From an uncultured Methanosarcinales archaeon (GTDB taxonomy: Archaea > Nanobdellota > Nanobdellia > Woesearchaeales > GW2011-AR9), in assembly GCA_964552945.1 (NCBI GenBank), contig CAZKIP010000005.1, positions 2,643 to 66,642 of the forward strand: 64,000 nt of DNA, written 5' to 3'. Position 1 is the stretch's first letter; every line of letters starts with the position of its first letter. A program made the translations under genes and the position numbers. Positions 27,516 through 36,507 of this stretch are shown piece by piece. The notes beneath the pieces are model-generated. The model was not told the DNA's origin. It made no database searches and worked only from the letters and a program-made list of their open reading frames with translations.

Positions 27516-29060
27516 ATGGATCAAACTATCAAATTAGCTTTAGATACCATTAAAATAAATAAACAAGCTATTATTTTTAACCCTAGCAGAGCTAGTGCAG
27601 AGAAAACTGCGGAAGACATTTCTAAACTAACAGATTTATTTCATCCAGAACTTGAGAAAGGAGTTCTGCATTCTATATCAAGCCCTACTAAACAATGTAG
27701 GAGGTTATCTAATTGTGTAAAAAAAGGAATCGCTTTCCATCATTCTGGGTTAACAAGTAAACAAAAAGAAATTGTTGAAGAATCTTTCAAAGAAGGTAAA
27801 ATAAAAATTATATCTGCTACACCTACTTTAGCAGCAGGACTTAGCATGCCTGCTTTCAGAGTAATTATCAAATCTCTTAAAAGATACTCTGGCAGCTGGG
27901 GAATGAATTGGATTCCTGTTTTAGAATATTTACAAATGGCAGGGAGAGCAGGAAGGCCGGAGTATGAAGCTTTTGGAGAATCCATTGTTATAGCAAAAAC
28001 TGAACCTGAGAGAGATGAGATTGTTGAAAGATACATCAAAGGTGTGCCAGAAGACATTTATTCCAAGTTAGCAGCAGAACCGATCTTAAGAACCTACCTT
28101 CTTTCATTAATTTCTTCTGGATTAATCCGTGATGAAGAAAGCATGAACAATTTTTTCAGTAAAACCTTTTGGGCTCACCAGTTTAAAGACATGAATAAGT
28201 TGCAACAGATTATGGAAAAGATGATTCTTTTACTTGAAGAATGGGGATTTATTTCAATCCAAGGAAAAGAGGGAGTTAATTCAGACTTTGTAAGCGCTCA
28301 AGATCTTGACAATAAAAGTAAAAGTAACAAAACAATGAGGCCAACCCTTATTGGTAAAAGAATCTCTGAACTTTATCTTGACCCATTAACTGCAAATCAT
28401 CTTATCAATTGTTTGAAAAATTATGATGACAAAAAAGAACATTTTTCTCTATTACAAATGATTTCCCACACTTTAGAGATGAGACCTCTACTAAGAATCA
28501 AGAAAAAAGAAGAAGAAATTATTAATGAAGAGTTGACAAAAAATTATCATTTGCTTCTTGAAAAAGAACCTTCATCTTTTGATATTGAATATGATGAATT
28601 TTTCAATTCCATAAAAACCTCGCTCTTTTTTGGAGATTGGGTTGATGAAAAAAATGAAGATTACCTTTTAGAGAAATATAATGTTCGTCCAGGAGAAATT
28701 AGAAGCAAGATTGAATCTGCCAACTGGCTAATTTATGCAGCTAAAGAGTTAGCAAAAATAAATGGAGACAATTTGGTAGCACATGAATTAAGAAAACTTC
28801 GAGAGATGGTAAAAAATGGAGTTCGTGAAGAACTTCTTCCACTTCTAAAATTGAAAGGGATTGGGAGAGTTAGGGCTAGAAAACTTTTCTCTCATGGCAT
28901 GAAAGATTTAGGTCATTTGAGAAGAACAGATTTAACGTCTCTTACTCAAATTGTTGGTAAGGCCACTGCTGAAAGTGTTAAGATTCAATTGGGTGAAGAA
29001 ATAAAAGTAATTCCAAAAGGGACTAGGAAAGGTCAATTGAGCATGGAGAAATTTAAATAA
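27516..29060 (+). CDS. Hel308/Ski2-like helicase, C-terminal portion only (RecA2, winged-helix, ratchet and HhH domains; RecA1 missing)
   Basis: Begins directly with the helicase C domain (IAFHHSGL...ISATPTLAAGLSMPAFRVII...QMAGRAGRP) and ends with the GIGRVRARKL HhH domain; no Walker A/DEAH domain; own TATA (AAATATATAAAAG) ~25 nt upstream. Confidence 0.65.
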   Translation: MDQTIKLALDTIKINKQAIIFNPSRASAEKTAEDISKLTDLFHPELEKGVLHSISSPTKQCRRLSNCVKKGIAFHHSGLTSKQKEIVEESFKEGKIKIISATPTLAAGLSMPAFRVIIKSLKRYSGSWGMNWIPVLEYLQMAGRAGRPEYEAFGESIVIAKTEPERDEIVERYIKGVPEDIYSKLAAEPILRTYLLSLISSGLIRDEESMNNFFSKTFWAHQFKDMNKLQQIMEKMILLLEEWGFISIQGKEGVNSDFVSAQDLDNKSKSNKTMRPTLIGKRISELYLDPLTANHLINCLKNYDDKKEHFSLLQMISHTLEMRPLLRIKKKEEEIINEELTKNYHLLLEKEPSSFDIEYDEFFNSIKTSLFFGDWVDEKNEDYLLEKYNVRPGEIRSKIESANWLIYAAKELAKINGDNLVAHELRKLREMVKNGVREELLPLLKLKGIGRVRARKLFSHGMKDLGHLRRTDLTSLTQIVGKATAESVKIQLGEEIKVIPKGTRKGQLSMEKFK

Positions 29061-29062
29061 AG

Positions 29063-29338
29063 ATGGTTCTTAAAAGAAATCTCGAATCGGAAAATTTAAT
29101 TGATAGAATAGCATCATGCGTTATAGGATTAGGTTTTGGTGTAGGAGCTAGACTACTTTCTCAAGATTACAATTCTGCATCTTATTTAGCAGGATTTTCT
29201 TTGGCAGGGGCAGGAGGAGTTTTGATACCAACTTTCAAAAATAAAAGTCAAGATGAAAAATATCGTGAACTCGCTTGTTCTTTAGGAAGCTATGCAGTAG
29301 GATATATTGCTACTGATTATTTATTAAGAACCTTGTAA
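29063..29338 (+). CDS. Small membrane protein
   Basis: 91 aa with 2 Gly-rich hydrophobic helices; starts 3 nt after the helicase stop. Confidence 0.3.
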   Translation: MVLKRNLESENLIDRIASCVIGLGFGVGARLLSQDYNSASYLAGFSLAGAGGVLIPTFKNKSQDEKYRELACSLGSYAVGYIATDYLLRTL

Positions 29339-29384
29339 TAATGTTTTTACTTAGTTTTATATATTATAAAAAAATACTAACGGC

Positions 29385-29762
29385 ATGAAAAAAAAAGAGG
29401 TTCCTAAATCATTGAGGATTTGGTTTAAAATTCATTTTTTGGCAGACATGATTTTTGCTATACCACTTTTTATTGCTCCAGTTTGGTTTCTAAACATTCT
29501 AGGTTTTACAATTGTTGAACCGGTAACGGCCAGATTAGTTGCCGCAGCTCTTTTAGGTATTGGAGGAACTTCTTACTTCACCAAAGAAAAATATTCTTTT
29601 GACATCCTTCTAACATTAAAATTAATATGGAGTTCTACAGCGGTAATTGGTTTAATTTGGTCGATTATTGATGGCGCACCATTAATTACTTGGTTAATTG
29701 TTATAATCTTTGCTGCTTTCTTTGGAGTGTGGCTTTACTATAAACGAACTATTTCTAGTTAA
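29385..29762 (+). CDS. Small polytopic membrane protein
   Basis: 125 aa, 4 predicted TM helices. Confidence 0.3.
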   Translation: MKKKEVPKSLRIWFKIHFLADMIFAIPLFIAPVWFLNILGFTIVEPVTARLVAAALLGIGGTSYFTKEKYSFDILLTLKLIWSSTAVIGLIWSIIDGAPLITWLIVIIFAAFFGVWLYYKRTISS

Positions 29763-29795
29763 AACTTATAAATAAGAAGTTTTTTTGGTGTATTA

Positions 29796-30497
29796 ATGGC
29801 TAAAACCAGAAAAAAAGTAAGAGAACACAAAACAAGAAAGAAGCCTCACTCAGAGATACTTACAGTTATGTTTATTGATATCGTTAGTTATACAAAAACT
29901 ACTGCAAATTTGAGTAGAGAAAGGTTTGATGAGTTACATGAAACATTTGATGAACTTTCCCTTCCTGTATTTGAGAAGCATGAAGGAACCGTAATTAAGA
30001 AAATTGGAGATGCTTTCATGATAACTTTCAAAACTGCGACAGACGCGGTTCTTTGTGGGATGGATCTTCAGAATACTTTTAGAAGTTACAATAGAGAGTA
30101 CAAACTTAAAATGCCTCTTCAAATAAGGGTGGCTTTACACGCAGGAGAAGTTTTAGTTAGAAAAGGTGATGTTTATGGGGATACCGTTAACACTGCTGCT
30201 AGAATAGAAGGAATTGCTTCTGCTAACGACATTTATTTCAGTGAATCGGTTTATAATGCCATGAATAAAAAAGAAATTCCTTACTTATTTATTGGCCAAA
30301 GGAAGTTGAAAGGATTAAAAGTTCCGCTTAGAATTTTCAGGGTTAAGAATTCTTTGGATAGGAAGAAAGAGAGACAAAGAAAGTTAAAAAGAATGAAGAA
30401 AAGGTTTTACAGGTTTTTATGGAAGATCTTTGCTTTGGCTGCTTTACTTGGTCTGCTAATTTTCATTTATGTTTATTTGATTAGAAATTTCTATTGA
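29796..30497 (+). CDS. Class III adenylate/guanylate cyclase catalytic domain with C-terminal membrane anchor
   Basis: FIDIVSYT...KKIGDAFMITF...TVNTAARIEG core motifs; basic stretch then a TM helix at the C-terminus. Confidence 0.65.
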   Translation: MAKTRKKVREHKTRKKPHSEILTVMFIDIVSYTKTTANLSRERFDELHETFDELSLPVFEKHEGTVIKKIGDAFMITFKTATDAVLCGMDLQNTFRSYNREYKLKMPLQIRVALHAGEVLVRKGDVYGDTVNTAARIEGIASANDIYFSESVYNAMNKKEIPYLFIGQRKLKGLKVPLRIFRVKNSLDRKKERQRKLKRMKKRFYRFLWKIFALAALLGLLIFIYVYLIRNFY

Positions 30498-30578
30498 GGT
30501 TGTTAATGTTTGTTTCAATTGGAGAAACCTATGATTCTGCTCACAATATTTATATAGATTCTAATAAACATATTTTTT

Positions 30579-31232
30579 ATGTGGGTAGCAAAAATAAAAT
30601 ATCAACACGATGACTGTGTCACAACACCAAAAGCAGTAAAACATGGTATTACTATATTTGCTACTCCAGGGAGTTCTTATAATGATGATAAATACCTATA
30701 TAACACAGGATTCTTAATGTTACGAGGTTCTGAGAAAGGAAAGAAAGGATTTATTAGAGATCTCAAAAAAGATAAGAGAGTAATTAAAGTTGAGGTAAAT
30801 AAAGATTTAGCTATTTTTGTTGAAAGGATACCAAATGAAAAAAAAGAATATTCGGCTTTTAGATCAAAAGAAATTATGGTTGTTAAACCAGTACATGTAA
30901 ATCCAAATGATGGTTATGAATACTGGGAGATATGTTCATGGGATAAGAAACACATTAACAAATTTTTTACAGATATTAAAAAAATTGGTACAGCTAAATT
31001 ATTAAGTATTAAAAAAATGAAACTGAATGATGTGTATCATTTTCACGTAAGTCCAAACCTTACATCTAAACAAAAAGAAGCTTTAGATTTAGCAATGGAA
31101 TATGGCTACTTTAACGTCCCACGAAAAGTTGATTTGGATGTATTGGCAAAAAGAATGAAGATTTCTAGACAAGCGTTTTCTGAACATTTACGAAAAGCAG
31201 AAGCAAAACTTCTACCAGTTTTAACTGAGTGA
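30579..31232 (+). CDS. Transcriptional regulator with C-terminal HTH_10 (bacterio-opsin-activator-type) domain
   Basis: C-terminal TSKQKEALDLAMEYGYF..PRKVDLDVLAKRMKISRQAFSEHLRKAEAKLL matches HTH_10; N-terminal ~150 aa unassigned. Confidence 0.55.
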   Translation: MWVAKIKYQHDDCVTTPKAVKHGITIFATPGSSYNDDKYLYNTGFLMLRGSEKGKKGFIRDLKKDKRVIKVEVNKDLAIFVERIPNEKKEYSAFRSKEIMVVKPVHVNPNDGYEYWEICSWDKKHINKFFTDIKKIGTAKLLSIKKMKLNDVYHFHVSPNLTSKQKEALDLAMEYGYFNVPRKVDLDVLAKRMKISRQAFSEHLRKAEAKLLPVLTE

Positions 31233-31292
31233 GTTGAGAAAGCATTCATATGAAAGCACAAATTAGTTATTTTGGATGGTTTCTACTTCTAA

Positions 31293-31670
31293 GTGATTAA
31301 AATGAAATTAAAAGAATTGGAGGAATTAAAAATGAATGAAAATAATATTTTAGTTAATCTCGGAATTGGTTTAAGTACTCTTGTCTTAGGTGTATATTTA
31401 GGAAGTGGTTATGGTAATAGTAACTTAATTGAATCTTCGTCTATTTATAGACAATTAAGTATAAATAGAAAAATTGAACAAACTTTACCCAGTCAAATAA
31501 AAAAAGAATATTTTTCTTGGAAGGAAGAAAATGGAGATGCACCTATTGGATATTGTAATTCTATTTTAGAAGGTCAAAATAATGATGAAATTCTTTATTT
31601 AGGTAAAACTTGTCTTGAATTAGTTTGTGATGGAATGGGATATAATTCAAATAGGTGTGAGGTAAAATAA
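31293..31670 (+). CDS. Small membrane-anchored/secreted Cys-containing protein
   Basis: N-terminal hydrophobic helix; 4 Cys in the C-terminal 40 aa. Confidence 0.25.
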   Translation: MIKMKLKELEELKMNENNILVNLGIGLSTLVLGVYLGSGYGNSNLIESSSIYRQLSINRKIEQTLPSQIKKEYFSWKEENGDAPIGYCNSILEGQNNDEILYLGKTCLELVCDGMGYNSNRCEVK

Positions 31671-31725
31671 TTTCCCATCTACAAAACAAAAAAATAATAG
31701 TAAATAAAATTTAGGAGGAAACAAA

Positions 31726-32037
31726 ATGTTAGAAAATTTGATACCACAGTACGCACATTATACAAGAAAACATGTAACAACTGCTTTTATTTTAGGAAGC
31801 GTATTGTCCTTTGGTTTAGGCATGTATTTTGCTGTTGAAAAACATATGAACCAACCACAAAGGGTTGAAGTAGTAGATATAAACCATGATGGTAAATCAG
31901 ATCTTGTTGTACACGGAAAATGGAACTATAAAAAATTTATTTTCTTGGCACAAGAAGATGGTTCATACAAAAGTACAAATCAACTTAAGGAAGAATCGAT
32001 GGAGTTGTTAGAAAAGAAGTATGATTCTATGGAGTAA
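31726..32037 (+). CDS. Small membrane protein
   Basis: 103 aa with one N-terminal TM helix; AGGAGG SD upstream. Confidence 0.3.
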   Translation: MLENLIPQYAHYTRKHVTTAFILGSVLSFGLGMYFAVEKHMNQPQRVEVVDINHDGKSDLVVHGKWNYKKFIFLAQEDGSYKSTNQLKEESMELLEKKYDSME

Positions 32038-32059
32038 GAATGTATGAGGAATCTTTCCT

Positions 32060-33307
32060 CTACAACACAAAATACAATATCACCGGCAATATCAAACAGC
32101 CCATCAAATGGTTCTTGCCAATGTTCCAAGAAGTAGCCAACAACCCCAATGCAGTTGCAGTCATCAATATAACCACTCCCATAAAGGCATCGAAATATAA
32201 AGTTAGTAAAAGTATAAATCCCAAGATAGAATAAACAATGTAAGTATAATTAACCTTAACAATTAAAGAAGCAAACAATTTAGATAATCTCAAAGCAAGA
32301 ATCGTAGCAACCCCTCCCACTAACAAAGCAACTCCTAAAAAAAGGAGCATCATTTCAAAATTAACCAACCCCAACAACTCTTTAACAACAACAATGGCCC
32401 CATTCCTCGCCTTCTCTAAAAGATAAACGGTTCCAATACTTATCAACATATTAGCAGTGTTAATCCCTCCTACTAAAGAAAGAAATCCCTCATCACCAAT
32501 ATCTCCCACAATGTTAGTTGCAACTATTGCTGCTTGTGAAGATCCAAACCCTGGCAAGAACGCCGCTATAAAACCAACCCCTGATGCAGCCGAAATAGAT
32601 TTAGACAAATTTTTCTTCGATAAAGTCAAAGGTTTAGACAAATCTTGTTCAGGGATGGAAGAATTTTGTGCTAAGCTGGTAATTAAAATAGAAAAACCAA
32701 ACAATCCAGATAGAAGTGGAAACAAAGGTTGTTCCAAAGGAATGTTAAATACAAGTAAACCCAAACATCCAGATAATAAGAAAGCAGTTAACGATTTCAA
32801 CCTTTTCCCCTTATCCTTCATAATCATGTATGCCATGATTACAATTAGCAAATAACCAACGATTCCTTTCATGTGAGGAGCAATTAAACCCATTGAACCC
32901 AAGAAAAACGGAAATAAGAGTAAACAAAGTAATAAACTTCCTAAAGAACCAATTAAAGTGTAGGTTATCGCATTATGCCCTTCTCCCTTATGTAACAATC
33001 TGTGGCCAGGAAGAACATTAAGCTCCTGTCCCGCATCTGGAGCACCCAAATAGATAGAAGGAATGGAATCAAGGAAAGAATGCGTAATTGCCAAGGAGAT
33101 GATATATACCGCTAAAACAATTGGAGAGGTTATGCTTAATAATAAAGGTGAAAATGAAAGAACCAAGACAGAAATAAGGTTTACATGGATCCCAGGAACT
33201 AGTCCTGTGATGATTCCAGATAGAACTCCCAGAATTAAAGCAGCTATAATCTCAGTGAACATTCTATCAATAATAATAACCTTTATAAAATCCTTTTCGC
33301 TTCTCAA
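32060..33307 (-). CDS. Polytopic membrane protein, TctA/DUF112-like transporter (tentative)
   Basis: ~10-12 TM helices, Gly-rich motifs (GLVPGIH); 415 aa. Confidence 0.4.
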   Translation of the reverse strand: MRSEKDFIKVIIIDRMFTEIIAALILGVLSGIITGLVPGIHVNLISVLVLSFSPLLLSITSPIVLAVYIISLAITHSFLDSIPSIYLGAPDAGQELNVLPGHRLLHKGEGHNAITYTLIGSLGSLLLCLLLFPFFLGSMGLIAPHMKGIVGYLLIVIMAYMIMKDKGKRLKSLTAFLLSGCLGLLVFNIPLEQPLFPLLSGLFGFSILITSLAQNSSIPEQDLSKPLTLSKKNLSKSISAASGVGFIAAFLPGFGSSQAAIVATNIVGDIGDEGFLSLVGGINTANMLISIGTVYLLEKARNGAIVVVKELLGLVNFEMMLLFLGVALLVGGVATILALRLSKLFASLIVKVNYTYIVYSILGFILLLTLYFDAFMGVVILMTATALGLLATSWNIGKNHLMGCLILPVILYFVL

Positions 33308-33374
33308 GGATAATGGTAGGTGTTAAAAAGAACAAAACATCTTTTTGCACCCAAAAAAACAGAGGTGACTGTTT

Positions 33375-35147
33375 TTGGTAGGTGTTTCAGCTGATGTTTT
33401 CATAGAGTTAGGTTTCGTGATAATTGTTGCTGGCTTTGCTGCTTTAATCTTAAAATTCTTTAAACAACCACAAATTTTAGCCTATGTTCTGGTGGGAGTT
33501 CTCTTGAAACCCCTTTTAAGTGGAGTTTCTATCCTTCTTGACAAAATATCCGTAGTAGGATTTATTCCAGTTGAGTTACCCACAATCATTTCTGACATAA
33601 ATGCGGTTGAACCAATGGCAGTAATTGGAATTGCCTTCCTATTATTCATTGTAGGTTTAGAAATGGACATAAAAAATCTTAGAAATGTAGCCTTAGTTTC
33701 CACTCTTGGTGGAGGAATTCAAATTCTGATAATCTTTATGGTAGGATATCTTGTTTCTTTGATGTTAGGTTTCTTAAGTTTGGAAGCCGCCTACATTGGT
33801 TTAATCATTGCTTTCTCATCAACAATGGTAGTAATGAAACTTCTTTCTGATAAAAGAGAATTAAATACTCTCCATGGAAGGTTAGCTGTAGGTATTTTAC
33901 TTATGCAAGACATAGTTGCCATTTTTGCAATCTCAATCCTAACTTCAATTGAAAGTTTTACTATGTCACTATTTGTAATTGCCCTAATGAAATTTGTTGC
34001 ACTTTTCTTGATAGCATACTTAGCAAGCAAATATCTTTTCCCTAGAATTTTTAAGTTTGCAGCTCGTCATCAAGAACTTTTGTTAATCCTTTCATTAGCA
34101 GTTTGTTTCATCTTTGCAATAACTTTCCACTATATTGGATTCCCCATAGCTATTGGAGCTTTTCTAGCTGGAATTACACTTGGAAACTTAGATTATAACA
34201 TTGAAATTATTGGAAAAATAAAAAGTTTAAAAGATTTCTTCTCCCTTCTATTTTTTGTTACCTTAGGCCTTGGCATATCTTTAAGTGTCGTTAAAGAGAT
34301 GTGGATACACCTACTGGTTTTTTTAGGAGTAGTTATGTTTGTTAAACCATTCGTTATAATGACCATTTGCTCTCTTTTCAAGTATACAAAAAAACCATCA
34401 TTTTTAACAGCAAATGCCCTCTCACAAGTTGGAGAATTCTCTTTAATACTTGTAGCCCAGGGACTTGCCTTAGGACATATCACACAAGAATTATTTTCTC
34501 TAACAGTTATAATAACTCTTATCTCAATTACCTTAACTTCCTACTATATTGAATACAACCAATTTTTCTTCAAACTTTTAGAGAAACCATTGAGAATTTT
34601 TGATAGTTTCACCACAGAAGGATTAGAGTATCTACCAACGAAAGCTAAACCATCAACGGTTTTATGTGGTCACAATAGGATAGGATACAGTATCTTAAAT
34701 CAATTTCAAAAAACTAAGAAAAAAATTCTAATTATAGATTACAATCCAGAAGTTATTTCTCATTTGGTAAAAGAAGGGTACCATTGTATATACGGAGAAG
34801 CAACAGATGAAGAAGTAATGTCTAGAATGAATCTTTCAAAAATAAAATTATTAATTTCAACTATTCCTGAAAAGAAAGATAACTTGTTAATAATTAGAAA
34901 GGTAAGAGATACGAACAGAAAAGCGAAGATAATTGTAACTGCATCAAATATTGAAGAAGCACTTAGCTTATACGAACATGGAGCTGATTACGTCATTCTA
35001 CCACATTTCCTTGGAGGAGAACACGTTTCAAACCTAATTGGAAAAATGCGAAAGAAAAAAATTAAGATTAGAGAAGAAAAAGATAAACATATCAAACATT
35101 TAAAAGAAAGAAAAGACATTGGTCATGAACATCCTAAACATCATTAA
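33375..35147 (+). CDS. Cation:proton antiporter (CPA2/Kef-type) with C-terminal RCK/TrkA-N domain
   Basis: ~12 TM exchanger domain followed by a VLCGHNRIGYSIL Rossmann/RCK domain. Confidence 0.7.
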   Translation: MVGVSADVFIELGFVIIVAGFAALILKFFKQPQILAYVLVGVLLKPLLSGVSILLDKISVVGFIPVELPTIISDINAVEPMAVIGIAFLLFIVGLEMDIKNLRNVALVSTLGGGIQILIIFMVGYLVSLMLGFLSLEAAYIGLIIAFSSTMVVMKLLSDKRELNTLHGRLAVGILLMQDIVAIFAISILTSIESFTMSLFVIALMKFVALFLIAYLASKYLFPRIFKFAARHQELLLILSLAVCFIFAITFHYIGFPIAIGAFLAGITLGNLDYNIEIIGKIKSLKDFFSLLFFVTLGLGISLSVVKEMWIHLLVFLGVVMFVKPFVIMTICSLFKYTKKPSFLTANALSQVGEFSLILVAQGLALGHITQELFSLTVIITLISITLTSYYIEYNQFFFKLLEKPLRIFDSFTTEGLEYLPTKAKPSTVLCGHNRIGYSILNQFQKTKKKILIIDYNPEVISHLVKEGYHCIYGEATDEEVMSRMNLSKIKLLISTIPEKKDNLLIIRKVRDTNRKAKIIVTASNIEEALSLYEHGADYVILPHFLGGEHVSNLIGKMRKKKIKIREEKDKHIKHLKERKDIGHEHPKHH

Positions 35148-35197
35148 CCAGATATAACAAGGAAAGATTAATAAAAAATCCAAAAAATTCTTCTTAT

Positions 35198-36139
35198 ATG
35201 AATTTTCAAAAAATACCACCAGTAGAAACAAGTAAATTTTATCTAGATTTAGCTTTCAGGAAAGCGAGAGAAAAATCAGTAGAATTTAAGAAAAAAACAA
35301 GAGATGTACTAGTAAAATCAAAAATAAAAGAAACTCAAAAAATTGATGTTATTAAAGATGTATTAACATCAAAATTAAAAAAAATTCTTCATTCATTCCC
35401 AGAGACCATAAAACTACCTCCTTTTTACCAAGAACTAATCAAATTGACACTAGATTTTCCAATATTCAAAAAATCATTTGGAGCAATGGTTTGGGCAGAT
35501 GGGAAAATAAAAGGCTTCAGTAAAGATTATGTTAGAAGAATTTCTAGATGTAACGATCCAGCAAAAATTAAGCAATATAGTAGAGAATATTATGGAAGGA
35601 TTTCCTCAGTGATGAAACAAATAAGTAAAAATTTACATTATTTGGAAGAATCTAGAAAAGTTATGAAAACATACCCAGACATAAAAGATATGTTCACAAT
35701 ATGTTTGTATGGTTTTCCAAATGTTGGAAAAACAACACTTCTTAACAAATTGACAGGAACTAAAGCAAAAATTGCAGCTTATTCATTCACCACAGTTAGT
35801 ATAAATGCTGGTTACTTTAAAATCAGAGAGGAGAATGTCCAAGTATTAGATGTTCCAGGGATCTTAAATAGAGATGAAAGAATGAACAACATCGAATTGC
35901 AAGCAGAGTTAGTCTTAGATGAATTAGCTGACATAATAGTATATGTGTTTGACCTTACAGAGAATTGTGGATACAACATGAAGAAACAAATGGAATTGTA
36001 TAAAAAAGTTAAAGGTAAAAAAACGTTAGTTTTTCTTTCTAAAAAAGACCTTCTTGACGATGAAATGGAAGGGTTCAAGCACAAACATTACTCTTTAGAA
36101 GAAATTAAAGAAGAGATTGGCAAGATGCTTAATAGTTAA
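35198..36139 (+). CDS. Nog1-type GTPase (archaeal NOG1 homolog)
   Basis: G1 GFPNVGKTTLLN, G3 DVPG, helical N-terminal Nog1 domain; 313 aa. Confidence 0.6.
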   Translation: MNFQKIPPVETSKFYLDLAFRKAREKSVEFKKKTRDVLVKSKIKETQKIDVIKDVLTSKLKKILHSFPETIKLPPFYQELIKLTLDFPIFKKSFGAMVWADGKIKGFSKDYVRRISRCNDPAKIKQYSREYYGRISSVMKQISKNLHYLEESRKVMKTYPDIKDMFTICLYGFPNVGKTTLLNKLTGTKAKIAAYSFTTVSINAGYFKIREENVQVLDVPGILNRDERMNNIELQAELVLDELADIIVYVFDLTENCGYNMKKQMELYKKVKGKKTLVFLSKKDLLDDEMEGFKHKHYSLEEIKEEIGKMLNS

Positions 36140-36234
36140 ATTCTTTTTTTGAAAGCATAGTTTCATAGTTACGAAAGTCAGAAGTTTAACAACTTAGAAA
36201 ACTATATAAAGGAGAACTATGTTCTAGAATAAGG

Positions 36235-36507
36235 ATGGAGCAAAAAGAGGAGAAACTATCACGAGCGATTAGTGCCTATTCTAGAAGACAAATTCTTAGA
36301 CTTCTTGCAGATAAAGAATTAACCGTAAAAGAAATTGCTGCTAAGACCAATCTTTCTGTTTCCCTTGCCTCAAGACATCTAAAATTACTATATGATCTTG
36401 GTTTTCTAACTGTAAGAAAAGAATATCCTTTCAAATATTATTCTCTTAAGATAAAAGAAATGAAAAGCTTGCTTGAAATGTACGATAAGGTAATTAAAAA
36501 AATATGA
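36235..36507 (+). CDS. ArsR-family winged-helix transcriptional regulator
   Basis: RRQILRLLADKELTVKEIAAKTNLSVSLASRHLKLL HTH typical of ArsR/SmtB; stop overlaps the next start (ATGA). Confidence 0.6.
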   Translation: MEQKEEKLSRAISAYSRRQILRLLADKELTVKEIAAKTNLSVSLASRHLKLLYDLGFLTVRKEYPFKYYSLKIKEMKSLLEMYDKVIKKI

